From contig JAQUQS010000004.1 in NCBI GenBank assembly GCA_028715965.1, positions 1 through 59,962 of the forward strand: DNA of 59,962 bases. Reading direction: 5' to 3'. Both the position numbers and the translations under genes were made by a program. Origin of the DNA: Candidatus Omnitrophota bacterium (GTDB lineage: Bacteria; Omnitrophota; Gorgyraeia; Tantalellales; Tantalellaceae). Every line of letters begins with the position of its first letter. The stretch's first letter is position 1. The notes under the pieces were generated by a model. It did not search any database. It had not been told where the DNA came from and worked only from the letters and a program-made list of their open reading frames with translations. Of the stretch, positions 28,469 to 37,783 are shown one piece after another.

Positions 28469-29020
28469 TTATAAAGCAGGTGGGGATAATACACATATGG
28501 CTTCCGCATCGGCCTTGGACGCGTTCACGAATCTGTGTTTGAGCGAAGCGTCGAAGTAAAGGCTGTCACCCTTACGGAGGGTATATTTATCCTCTCCCAC
28601 ATGCGCGTCAAAAGATCCGGATATGACGTAAACAAATTTTTCAATGCCAGGTTTGGTCTGCTCTTCCTGGGTCGACCCTCCTGGGCCGAGAAGCATCATA
28701 AGAGGCATGATCTTTTTATCCAGGGCCTTCATTACAAGTAGTTCGTATTTCGCTTTTGCCGAATGGACAAAATGTTCCGTGCGTTTTTTGTGGGGAACCG
28801 CCTCAACGGTCTTATTTTCGTCCTCAAGTTCCCTGTAAAGTTCTGCTATGGAGACGTCCAATGCCTTACAGATACTTATGTGGGATTTTAATGTGCCGGG
28901 CATCTTATTGTTTTCCATGCGGCTTAGCGTTGCCAGGGCGACGCCGCTTTTACTTGATAATTCCTCAAGTGTGAGGCCTTTATCTTTCCTCAATTGGTGC
29001 AATCTATGGCCTATTTTCAT
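28469..29020 (-). CDS. XRE-family HTH + cupin transcriptional regulator
   Basis: LTLEELSSKSGVALATLSRMEN HTH; cupin EKFVYVISG...GDSLYFDASLKHRFVN; RBS GGAGG. Confidence 0.92.
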   Translation of the reverse strand: MKIGHRLHQLRKDKGLTLEELSSKSGVALATLSRMENNKMPGTLKSHISICKALDVSIAELYRELEDENKTVEAVPHKKRTEHFVHSAKAKYELLVMKALDKKIMPLMMLLGPGGSTQEEQTKPGIEKFVYVISGSFDAHVGEDKYTLRKGDSLYFDASLKHRFVNASKADAEAICVLSPPAL

Positions 29021-29100
29021 GTGTCACCTCCGTTTGGGTATAATATTACTATACTTCAAATTTAAACAATAATCAAATTAAATTTCCCATTTATCAAACC

Positions 29101-29486
29101 GTACCCGGTACAAGGTGAAGGCGGGGACAGGTTAAGCGGGAGTTTGTACCAGGTACAAGGTTGCTCGGAGGCCCAGAAAGGCGGGGACAGGTTGAGAAGG
29201 AGTTTGTACCAGGTACAAAAGGTGAGAAAGGTTCAGACCGACCGAGGGGCCACCGAGCCCCGAGGAAGTGTCGGAAACCCAGGAAGGTTCAGACCGACCG
29301 AGGGGGCACCGAGCCCCGAGAAAGTGTCGGAGGTCCAGAAAGACGGGGACAGGTTGAGCGGGAGTTTGTACCAGGTACAAAAGGTGAGAAAGGTTCAGAC
29401 CGACCGAGGGGCCACCGAGCCGCGAGGAAGTGTCGGAGGGCCAGAAAGGCGGGGACAGGTTAAGCGGGGGTTTGTACCAGGTACAA
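29101..29486. repeat. Mosaic array of two palindromic repeat units (REP/BIME-like)
   Basis: Unit A (GGCGGGGACAGGTT...TTGTACC-A-GGTACAA) with palindromes at 29144, 29204, 29366, 29472 plus a partial at 29101; 48-nt unit B at 29228, 29284, 29390. Confidence 0.9.
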
Positions 29487-29503
29487 GGTTGCTTACACAT
29501 TCT

Positions 29504-29512
29504 TGTTATAAT
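29504..29512 (+). promoter_or_regulatory. Extended -10 promoter for uvrA
   Basis: TGtTATAAT, 27 nt before the uvrA ATG. Confidence 0.5.
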
Positions 29513-29539
29513 AGGATGCTTGTGGTAAAATTATAGGCC

Positions 29540-32332
29540 ATGAGCAAAGAATTCATAATAGTAAAAGGGGCCAGAGAACATAATCTCAAGGGTATTGATG
29601 TAAAAATACCACGGAACACTTTGTGTGTGGTAACGGGCCTGTCCGGGTCGGGTAAATCCTCGCTTGCTTTCGATACTATTTACGCGGAAGGACAAAGACG
29701 TTACGTCGAGTCACTATCAAGTTACGCGCGGCAGTTCATTGAGCAGCTCCAGAAGCCGCATATTGACCACATAGAAGGGTTGTCGCCTACTATAAGTATT
29801 GAGCAAAGGACCGGGGGACGTAACCCCCGTTCAACGGTAGGGACACAGACGGAGATATATGACCACCTGAGGGTGCTTTTCGCGAGGATAGGTATACAGA
29901 AATGCCCGAAATGCGGCCGCGAGATCTCCGCCCAGAGTTCCCAGCAGATCGTCGACCAGATACTTGTGTATCCAAAGAAAACCCGCCTGATGCTACTGGC
30001 TCCGCTTGTGCAGGGGCGTAAGGGTGAGCATGTTGATATCATGCGCAATGCCCGAAAAGAGGGGTTCATACGTCTTCGTGTAGACGGTACGATAACGGAG
30101 ATAGGCGACCGTATCCCGGAGCTTAACAAGAAGGTGAAACATACTATTGAAGCCGTTGTGGACCGGCTGGAGATAAATAGCGGGGCGCGCACGCGACTTT
30201 CCGACTCGGTGGAGACCGCGCTTAAAACGGCGCAGGGGGCCATTATCGCCGCAGTTACGGACCCATCCGGGAACATAACCGGAGAAACGCTTTTTAGCGA
30301 GCATAACGCGTGTCTTGCCTGTGGGGTGAGTTTTGAAAAACCGGAACCGCGTAATTTCTCATTCAATAGCCCATACGGAGCGTGTCCGTCATGTAATGGG
30401 CTCGGGAACCGTATGGAAATAGACCCGGACCAGGTGGTCCCGGATAAGGATGAAACGGTATTAAGGGCTGTTGTGCCGTGGAAACGCGGAGGTAAGGGAA
30501 TGGTCCTGCATTTCCGGAGGCAGCTTCGCATGCTGGCACGTTACCACGGGTTCGATCCCGACGCCCCCTATAGGTCCCTTACGGCCGCACAGAAACATAT
30601 GGTCCTGCACGGCGATCCCGACAGTGGTTTTGAAGGTGTGATCCCGAACCTGGAAAGACGGTTCCGTGATTCCGACAGTGATTTTATAAAAGAGCTTATA
30701 GGAACGTTCATGTCCGTGCAACCTTGTCTGACATGTAAAGGGCAGAGGTTGAACCCTGTCGCGCTTAACGTGTTCATAGGCGGGAAGAACATAGCGGATG
30801 TATGCGAGCTCTCGGTGTTGGGGGCCAAAGAGTTCTTCACATCATTAAAGCTGGATGATACCCGCAGGATGATAGCGGAGGAGATCCTGAAAGAAGTAAG
30901 GCTGAGATTGGATTTCATGATAAATGTCGGCCTGGGATATCTTACGCTCGACCGGGGAACGAATACGCTTTCCGGCGGGGAGGACCAGCGTATACGCCTG
31001 GCCACGCAGATAGGCGCGGGCCTTGTCGGGGTACTTTACGTGCTGGACGAGCCGAGTATTGGACTCCATCAGCGGGATAACCAGAAGCTCCTGGATACGT
31101 TGATCGCGCTTAAGGACATGGGGAACACGCTTATCGTGGTCGAGCACGACGAGGCGACCATACGCAAGGCCGAGTATATAATCGATCTGGGCCCGGGAGC
31201 CGGTGAACATGGGGGCAAGGTGGTAGCCGCGGGTACTCTGGACGATATTTTGGCCAGTCCGGCCTCACTTACGGGGAAATATCTCAGGGGGGAACTTGAG
31301 ATAATGATGCCGGAAGAACGCCGCGCATGGACCAAGGATAGATCCCTGACCATTGTCGGCGCGACCGAACATAATCTCAAGGGCGTTGATGTTACGATAC
31401 CGCTTGGGGTATTTAACTGTGTTACCGGAGTTTCAGGATCAGGGAAAAGCACCCTGATAGACGAGGTGCTGTATAGGGCACTTTCAAAAAAGCTTTATGG
31501 CGCGAAAGTGAAACCCGGCCGCCACAAGTCCATAAAAGGCGTAAAGAACATCGATAAGGTCATAGTGGTCGACCAGTCACCTATAGGACGCACACCGAGG
31601 TCCAATCCCGCGACATATACGGGAGCCTTCGACCCGATAAGGAAGCTTTTCAGCTCTCTGCCGGAATCGCGTATGCGCGGATACCAGCCCGGGCGGTTCA
31701 GCTTCAACGTAAAGGGTGGGCGCTGCGAGGCCTGCCAGGGTGATGGCGTTAAAAAGATCGAAATGCATTTCCTCCCGGATGTATATGTCGAGTGCGAGGT
31801 CTGCTCGGGCAAGAGGTTCAACGACCAGACGCTTGAGGTAAGATACAAGGGCTATAACATATCCGAAGTCCTGGCTATGAGCGTGGAGGAGGCCCTGGAC
31901 CTCTTCCGTAACATACCGACCATACAGGTCAAGCTCCAGACGCTCATGGATGTCGGCCTGGGATATATACGCCTGGGACAGCAGGCTACCACACTTTCGG
32001 GAGGCGAGGCCCAGCGAATAAAGCTCGCGACCGAACTTTCTAAACGGGCGACCGGCAGGACCCTCTATATCCTGGATGAGCCTACTACGGGTCTTCACTT
32101 CGCGGATATACATAAGCTTCTGGAAGCTCTTCACAGACTTGTATCCTCCGGGAATACGGTGCTGGTCATAGAACATAACCTTGATGTGATCAAGTCCTCT
32201 GACCACATAATAGATCTTGGCCCCGAAGGCGGGGACGAGGGAGGATATCTTGTGGTGAGCGGGACCCCCGAAGATGTGTCCGCATGTAAGGCCTCTTACA
32301 CCGGTCGCTACCTAAAAAATATCTTGAAGTAG
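29540..32332 (+). CDS. uvrA: Excinuclease ABC subunit A
   Basis: [22 protein letters not shown], two zinc fingers, LSGGE twice, GVSGSGKST. Confidence 0.98.
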   Translation: MSKEFIIVKGAREHNLKGIDVKIPRNTLCVVTGLSGSGKSSLAFDTIYAEGQRRYVESLSSYARQFIEQLQKPHIDHIEGLSPTISIEQRTGGRNPRSTVGTQTEIYDHLRVLFARIGIQKCPKCGREISAQSSQQIVDQILVYPKKTRLMLLAPLVQGRKGEHVDIMRNARKEGFIRLRVDGTITEIGDRIPELNKKVKHTIEAVVDRLEINSGARTRLSDSVETALKTAQGAIIAAVTDPSGNITGETLFSEHNACLACGVSFEKPEPRNFSFNSPYGACPSCNGLGNRMEIDPDQVVPDKDETVLRAVVPWKRGGKGMVLHFRRQLRMLARYHGFDPDAPYRSLTAAQKHMVLHGDPDSGFEGVIPNLERRFRDSDSDFIKELIGTFMSVQPCLTCKGQRLNPVALNVFIGGKNIADVCELSVLGAKEFFTSLKLDDTRRMIAEEILKEVRLRLDFMINVGLGYLTLDRGTNTLSGGEDQRIRLATQIGAGLVGVLYVLDEPSIGLHQRDNQKLLDTLIALKDMGNTLIVVEHDEATIRKAEYIIDLGPGAGEHGGKVVAAGTLDDILASPASLTGKYLRGELEIMMPEERRAWTKDRSLTIVGATEHNLKGVDVTIPLGVFNCVTGVSGSGKSTLIDEVLYRALSKKLYGAKVKPGRHKSIKGVKNIDKVIVVDQSPIGRTPRSNPATYTGAFDPIRKLFSSLPESRMRGYQPGRFSFNVKGGRCEACQGDGVKKIEMHFLPDVYVECEVCSGKRFNDQTLEVRYKGYNISEVLAMSVEEALDLFRNIPTIQVKLQTLMDVGLGYIRLGQQATTLSGGEAQRIKLATELSKRATGRTLYILDEPTTGLHFADIHKLLEALHRLVSSGNTVLVIEHNLDVIKSSDHIIDLGPEGGDEGGYLVVSGTPEDVSACKASYTGRYLKNILK

Positions 32333-32399
32333 CCTATCTTATTTGATAGCATATGTGGGTCGAATTCTTAGCGTATAAATAACTTACCATATTTATTAT

Positions 32400-34865
32400 A
32401 TGAAACTTATCAAGATCTTCGCGGTCATTATAGCGGTATTCTCGTTCCTATCCTGTTCCGTGGGGCCATTGTCGGCGGATACCGGCGCATTGCAGGCTGA
32501 CATGGATTTTGCCAGGAAAGCCGTAAAGGACGGGTTTTTTGACCTTGCTGGAAAGAAGCTGACCGAGATATTGCGCACGCCCGGTCTTTCCCGCGACGTT
32601 GAGTGCGAGGCGCATCTTCTGATGGGGAAGGTCTATTACGGGGAGAACTTGCCGTCAAAAGCCTTGAGCGAGTTCAATATAGTCGTAAAACTCATGGATA
32701 ATAGTGACCTTGCCGGATACGCGACTTACTGGATCGCCGAAGTATACTTTCGTGAGGGGGATTTTGAGAGAGCGTTGTCATTCTACCAGGATGTGATCGA
32801 ATCATATCCGCTTAATGAATACGTGTCATATGCATATTATTCGCAGGCCTGGTGTTACGATAAGATAGGCGAGCAGAAGGCGGCCGTCGATACCTTGCGT
32901 ACTTTGCTTAAAGAGTACCCCGGCAGTGAACTGGCGGTAAAAGGTAAATATAAGATCGGGGAGATCTACTATACAAGAGGCGAGTATAAGAAGGCTATTG
33001 ACGAGATCGGGCAGTTCATCAGGGCTTATCCCGTGAATGAGAACATCTTTGACGCATATTACATGCTCGGAGACAGTTATTTCAAGATGGGGAACATGGA
33101 GAAGGCCATAGAGGAATACAGGAATTCCCTTGGGATATCCGACGAGACGCCATGGAAGCCTATAGCGATATATCGTACGGGGAAAGCGTATTACAAGCTC
33201 GGGGAGCTGGATAAGAGCCTTGAGAATTTTAACAAGGCGGCTTCTCTCTCAAAAGATCCGGGTGTCAGGAGCGCCGCGGTGGTAGGCGCGGCCCATATCT
33301 ATTCAGATCAAGGAGATACCGGTAAGGCCATAGACGCGTATAGAGAGGTGGTCGAGAGCGCGGCGCCTAACGAGTGGACGGATGACGCCTACTACTGGCT
33401 GGGCGAGTTGTATTATAAAAGTGGTGACAACAAGAACGCCATAAAGGTCTACGAAAAGGCGCTTTCAATATATCCGAACGGCGAATTTTCCGACGAGATG
33501 CATTATAACCTCGCGTGGGCATATCTGGGGGCCGGGGATGAGGACAGAGCGCTTGAGGAATTTGATAAGACCATTGAGGGATCGGACCGGGAAGACCTGG
33601 TCGTAAGCGCTTTGTGCGGTATCGGGGATATTCTCAGTTCGCGGGGAAGGATGGACAGGGCCCTTGATATGTATGACAGGGTGCTTAGGGATTACCCGGG
33701 GAGCATATTCGCCGATCACGCCCAGTACGAGATGGCGCGTATACTTAAGGAAATGGGGCGCACTGATGCCGCCATTCTGACCTACCAGTCGCTCCTGGTG
33801 AATTTTCCCAGGTCCACGCTCGCTGACAGGACGCATTACCAGCTTGGTCTTTTGTACTCAAAAAAGAACGAGTTCAACGATTCAATAGCCCAATATGACG
33901 CGATCATACGCGAATACCCGGACAGCTATCTTTACGATGACGCGCGGCTCCAGAAGGCCAACGACCTCTACAACAAGGGAGATTATAGTAAGTCCGCCGG
34001 GCTTTATGAGAATATCATTAAAAAGAGCGAACGAAGCGATATATTGGAAAAAGCTAAATATTACCTGGCGTGGGCATATTACAAAACAGACCAGGAGAAG
34101 AAGGCGCTGGACCTTTTTAACTCGCTACTCGCGGTCGATAACGGGTCGCGTTTCGCGGCAGGGATCAAGCTGTGGTTCGGGGAATATTACTACGGTAAGG
34201 GCGAGCTTGATAAGGCGCAGAATTATTTCAGGGAGGTACAAGGCGATTTCCCCGGAACGGAGTCGGCCGACAGCGCCGCGTATTGGCTCGGGTGGGCGCT
34301 ATATGACGCCAAGAAGGTGGATGCCAGCATAGGGCAATTCACCAAGTTCATAGAGGACCGACCGTCGAGTGAGTGGACGCCCAAGGCCATATTAGCTCTG
34401 GGGGATATATACCGCAGGGAAGGTTCGTATGATAACGCTATTGACGAATATGAACGTTTGATAAACAGGTATCCCAATAGCGGGATAACGAGCCTGGCCA
34501 ATATACGTATCGGTGTGATACTTAAGGAACAGGGTAATTTCAGGCTGGCTTTGGAGTATTTCAGGGTAGGGCTTACCGATGAGAACACTGAGAACAACGC
34601 TCAGGTCCAATATGATATCGCGGAGTGTTATGAGACCCTGGGTATGCCGGATAAAGCCATTGAGGAATACCTGAAGGTGGATTATAAATACCCGCAGGGT
34701 AAGTATTGGGTAAATCAGGCTTTGTTGAAGACGGCGGAGCTATTAGAAAAGTCCGGAGAAAATTCCAGGGCTTATAAGATCTATAACCGCCTGGCCGAGG
34801 GCGATGGCCAGGAAGCGGAACTGGCTAAGGAAAAGATCAAAACGATCAAACAATACACGCGCTGA
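32400..34865 (+). CDS. Exported multi-TPR protein (CpoB/YbgF-like repeats)
   Basis: Hydrophobic signal peptide; many repeats of the type A.Y.LG..YY...Y.KA...Y......YP. Confidence 0.88.
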   Translation: MKLIKIFAVIIAVFSFLSCSVGPLSADTGALQADMDFARKAVKDGFFDLAGKKLTEILRTPGLSRDVECEAHLLMGKVYYGENLPSKALSEFNIVVKLMDNSDLAGYATYWIAEVYFREGDFERALSFYQDVIESYPLNEYVSYAYYSQAWCYDKIGEQKAAVDTLRTLLKEYPGSELAVKGKYKIGEIYYTRGEYKKAIDEIGQFIRAYPVNENIFDAYYMLGDSYFKMGNMEKAIEEYRNSLGISDETPWKPIAIYRTGKAYYKLGELDKSLENFNKAASLSKDPGVRSAAVVGAAHIYSDQGDTGKAIDAYREVVESAAPNEWTDDAYYWLGELYYKSGDNKNAIKVYEKALSIYPNGEFSDEMHYNLAWAYLGAGDEDRALEEFDKTIEGSDREDLVVSALCGIGDILSSRGRMDRALDMYDRVLRDYPGSIFADHAQYEMARILKEMGRTDAAILTYQSLLVNFPRSTLADRTHYQLGLLYSKKNEFNDSIAQYDAIIREYPDSYLYDDARLQKANDLYNKGDYSKSAGLYENIIKKSERSDILEKAKYYLAWAYYKTDQEKKALDLFNSLLAVDNGSRFAAGIKLWFGEYYYGKGELDKAQNYFREVQGDFPGTESADSAAYWLGWALYDAKKVDASIGQFTKFIEDRPSSEWTPKAILALGDIYRREGSYDNAIDEYERLINRYPNSGITSLANIRIGVILKEQGNFRLALEYFRVGLTDENTENNAQVQYDIAECYETLGMPDKAIEEYLKVDYKYPQGKYWVNQALLKTAELLEKSGENSRAYKIYNRLAEGDGQEAELAKEKIKTIKQYTR

Positions 34866-34890
34866 AATATACCCGAAAGGAGAAAAAGGA

Positions 34891-35523
34891 ATGTGGGGTC
34901 TTATCTTAAAAGGTGGTCCTTTGATGTTCTTGATCATAATGTGCTCGATAATAGCTTTTACTGTGCTTATTGAGCGCGTGTGGTACATAAGGCAGGTACG
35001 CATAAATACGCGAGAGTTCATGGAAGACATTACTGAAACGCTTCGAAGGAACAAGATCACCGACGCCATTGATAAATGTAACGCCTTGCCGGGCCCGATC
35101 ACGAATATACTCAAAGCCGGTATTTTGAAATATGACAGGCCCAGGGCCGAGATAAAAGAGGCCATAGAGGAGGCGGCGCTCCATGAAGTGCCTCGTCTGG
35201 AGCGGAATCTGGGTGTGCTGGCCACGATCGCGCATATTTCGCCGCTTTTGGGGCTTCTGGGTACGGTCACGGGTATGGTTAGGGCGTTCCAGGTAATAGA
35301 ACAGAAGGCGGGAGCCCTTATGCCGGTGAATCCGGGGGATCTCGCGGGCGGGATTTGGGAGTCCCTGGTCACCACGGTGGCCGGCCTCGCGGTAGCCATA
35401 CCCACTTATGTCGCTTATAATTTCCTGGTCACGAAAGTCGATGGGTTCGTGCTGGAAATGGAAAAGAGCGCTACGGACCTGGTCAATATATTGGGCAAGA
35501 AAAGGGAAGATGATGAGATTTAA
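34891..35523 (+). CDS. MotA/TolQ/ExbB proton channel family protein
   Basis: SPLLGLLGTVTGMV, GIWESLVTTVAGL. Confidence 0.93.
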   Translation: MWGLILKGGPLMFLIIMCSIIAFTVLIERVWYIRQVRINTREFMEDITETLRRNKITDAIDKCNALPGPITNILKAGILKYDRPRAEIKEAIEEAALHEVPRLERNLGVLATIAHISPLLGLLGTVTGMVRAFQVIEQKAGALMPVNPGDLAGGIWESLVTTVAGLAVAIPTYVAYNFLVTKVDGFVLEMEKSATDLVNILGKKREDDEI

Positions 35524-35908
35524 GCGGAAAATGTCCATTGAAAAAGGGCGGCTGGACATGGCTCCTCTTATCGATGTCGTGTTCCTGCTGCTTATCTTTT
35601 TCATGTTAACGTCCAGTTTTATATTCCAGCCGGGCATAAGGGTAAATCTTCCAAAGGCGATCACCAGCGAAGTGCTGCATAAAGAACTCCTGATCATAAC
35701 CATAACGGGCGACAACAAGATATATATCAGGGAAAGGGCCGTAAATCCGGAAGAGCTGTATTCACGCATATCCGTGGCGGCAAAAGAAGATAAACCGCTT
35801 TTGATACAGGCGGACAAAAAAGCGCCACTGGGACGTGTGATCGAGGTCTGGGATATATGCCGACAGCTAGATGTCAAACAGATAAACATCGCCACTACGA
35901 CCCAGTGA
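35510..35908 (+). CDS. ExbD/TolR biopolymer transporter
   Basis: MAPLIDVVFLLLIFFM, LPKA, IQADK. Confidence 0.93.
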   Translation: MMRFKRKMSIEKGRLDMAPLIDVVFLLLIFFMLTSSFIFQPGIRVNLPKAITSEVLHKELLIITITGDNKIYIRERAVNPEELYSRISVAAKEDKPLLIQADKKAPLGRVIEVWDICRQLDVKQINIATTTQ

Positions 35909-35921
35909 GCCGGAGCGGAGC

Positions 35922-36623
35922 ATGAACTCGCTTACAAGGAATTTATCCATAGCTTTACTGATATCGCTGAGCGCGCATATGGTCGCGTTCTCGTTGGTAG
36001 ATATCGTAAGCCCGACGGCGTATGAGAAGAAAAGCCCGTACCAGAACATAGATTTCCTCGGGCCTATACTCAAAAAGTCGGCATTTGATATAATGCTGGA
36101 GAACGTAGTTCCGTCGGCTGTGACCGCGTTCCGGGTAAATGACGCCGATGATGCCAGCGCTAACTACCTGAGGGTCAGTCTTAAGCGGCGAGAAGCGGTA
36201 GACAGGGGTACGGTCACGCGCATGGATATGGGGATCGACAGGCTTGCCCGGGAATTCCTGGACAGCGCCAAATTGCTTCCGGATATGCGTATGGGGACAG
36301 AGTCTGGAGGATCTTTGTTCAACAAATTCAATTCCGACCTCATGGCCATGGAGAACGAACGCAGGGTGATATACAGGCCCGCTCTTACGCCTCTTCCTAG
36401 AGGGCAATATGACGATAAAGACATGTTCATAACCCGTTTCAGGGTGTTGGTATCGCCGAAAGGGGACGTTAAACGGGCGGAGCCGCTTATAACCAGCGGA
36501 CATCCACAGGTCGACCTGTTGGCAGAGAAATATCTCAGGGGACTCATGTTCGAGCCCCGGGAACAGGGGTATTACGGGGATGAATGGATAGAAGAGGAAG
36601 TTATCCTGAGCACCGAAAGCTGA
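35922..36623 (+). CDS. TonB-like energy transducer
   Basis: N-terminal TM with SLSAH; C-terminal TonB_C-like LVSPKGDV...SGHPQVD; follows ExbBD. Confidence 0.65.
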   Translation: MNSLTRNLSIALLISLSAHMVAFSLVDIVSPTAYEKKSPYQNIDFLGPILKKSAFDIMLENVVPSAVTAFRVNDADDASANYLRVSLKRREAVDRGTVTRMDMGIDRLAREFLDSAKLLPDMRMGTESGGSLFNKFNSDLMAMENERRVIYRPALTPLPRGQYDDKDMFITRFRVLVSPKGDVKRAEPLITSGHPQVDLLAEKYLRGLMFEPREQGYYGDEWIEEEVILSTES

Positions 36624-36626
36624 TAT

Positions 36627-36896
36627 ATGATAAAATTAGATATTACAACCGCGCTCGTAATATATCTTTTTATATCGACAGTGCTTGTGCTGATCATATG
36701 GTCGTTCTATGATTTCGGAGTCAAACTGAAGACGTTCTCGTCGGACGAAAAACATCTGTGGCATTGTTCAATATGCGCTCTCGCGTATATTGACAGCCTT
36801 AACGAAGAAATATCAAAATGCCCCAGATGCGGTAGTTTTAACCAGAAGGGCCGTTACGGCCTGGCACGAAAGAATAAAAGATCAGGCATGGCCTGA
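36627..36896 (+). CDS. Small membrane protein with zinc ribbon
   Basis: One TM segment, CSIC...CPRC. Confidence 0.7.
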   Translation: MIKLDITTALVIYLFISTVLVLIIWSFYDFGVKLKTFSSDEKHLWHCSICALAYIDSLNEEISKCPRCGSFNQKGRYGLARKNKRSGMA

Positions 36897-36909
36897 AAAG
36901 GAGGATAAA

Positions 36910-37113
36910 GTGATAACAAGGATCGGACTTATGGCGGGAGACATCTGGAACTATCTTGAAGTGCATGGCAAAATATCCAGTATAAACGATATGGTACAGG
37001 GGCTTGGTTCGGACCGGGACCTGGTACTGATGAGTATTGGATGGTTGGCGCGAGAAGGCCATGTCGTGCTTGAAGGCGGCCAGGAGAACTATAAAGTAAC
37101 GTTGACCCGGTAA
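36910..37113 (+). CDS. Small winged-helix protein (DUF2582-like)
   Basis: IGLMAGDIWNYL...MSIGWLAREG pattern; RBS AGGAGG before GTG 36910. Confidence 0.75.
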   Translation: MITRIGLMAGDIWNYLEVHGKISSINDMVQGLGSDRDLVLMSIGWLAREGHVVLEGGQENYKVTLTR

Positions 37114-37129
37114 TATAAGGAGATATCGT

Positions 37130-37432
37130 ATGGACGGCGAAAACTACGCCCAACATAATATCATGCCCGCCCCGGGAGTCGCGGACCCGGATGAGCCGGT
37201 GCCCATCAAGCCTCCGCTTAAGGTGCTCCAGTCGAGGACGATAAGCAAGAAATTCGGGTGGTGGGCCTCGGTGGTGCTTCTGGAAAGCTACGCGAAAAAG
37301 CAGGTATGTTTCTATTTGTGGCAGAAGACAGGAGAGGAATGGAAGCGCAAGCAGAAGTTCGGCATACATTCCAAGGCGGACTGGGAGAACATTAAAAAGG
37401 CCGTGGAGTCTTTTATAACGAACGTGACTTGA
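37130..37432 (+). CDS. Hypothetical protein, possibly PC4/Sub1-like fold
   Basis: RBS AAGGAG; C-terminal [29 protein letters not shown] resembles the PC4 core. Confidence 0.5.
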   Translation: MDGENYAQHNIMPAPGVADPDEPVPIKPPLKVLQSRTISKKFGWWASVVLLESYAKKQVCFYLWQKTGEEWKRKQKFGIHSKADWENIKKAVESFITNVT

Positions 37433-37447
37433 CGTGGGCCGGATATT

Positions 37448-37523
37448 TGGTGGAGCTGAGGGGGATCAAACCCCTAACCTCCTGATTGCGAACCAGGCGC
37501 TCTATCAATTGAGCTACAGCCCC
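37448..37523 (-). tRNA. tRNA-Ala(CGC)
   Basis: 76-nt cloverleaf GGGGCTG...CAGCTCC-ACCA, G3-U70 pair, anticodon loop TTCGCAA, encoded CCA. Confidence 0.95.
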
Positions 37524-37572
37524 ACCGAAATGTGAGAACATTATAACATAAAAAAATTTTTCGTAAATAATA

Positions 37573-37767
37573 ATGTCAAACCCCGTATATTGCCAGAACT
37601 GTGGAAAACCCATATATGATGAGGACGCTTTATTGTGCCTTTACTGCGGAGAGGAAATAGGCAGGCCGGTAGGAGTCCTCGGGAAGATGCGTTATTCGGC
37701 GCATGGTCTTGTGTTCGCGGTCGTTATTTTACTGGTAGTCATTCTTTTCTTGCTCTGGGTATTGTGA
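37573..37767 (+). CDS. Small zinc-ribbon membrane protein
   Basis: CQNC...CLYC followed by a C-terminal TM segment. Confidence 0.7.
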   Translation: MSNPVYCQNCGKPIYDEDALLCLYCGEEIGRPVGVLGKMRYSAHGLVFAVVILLVVILFLLWVL

Positions 37768-37783
37768 CGATGCGGAGGGTGGT

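Noticed and set aside
29101-29486. CRISPR array
   Set aside because: The would-be spacers are themselves repeated, spacing is irregular, and no cas genes are present in the window
29132-29536. ORFs of 100-130 aa on both strands over the repeat array
   Set aside because: They are products of the GC-rich repeats, with no RBS or family motif
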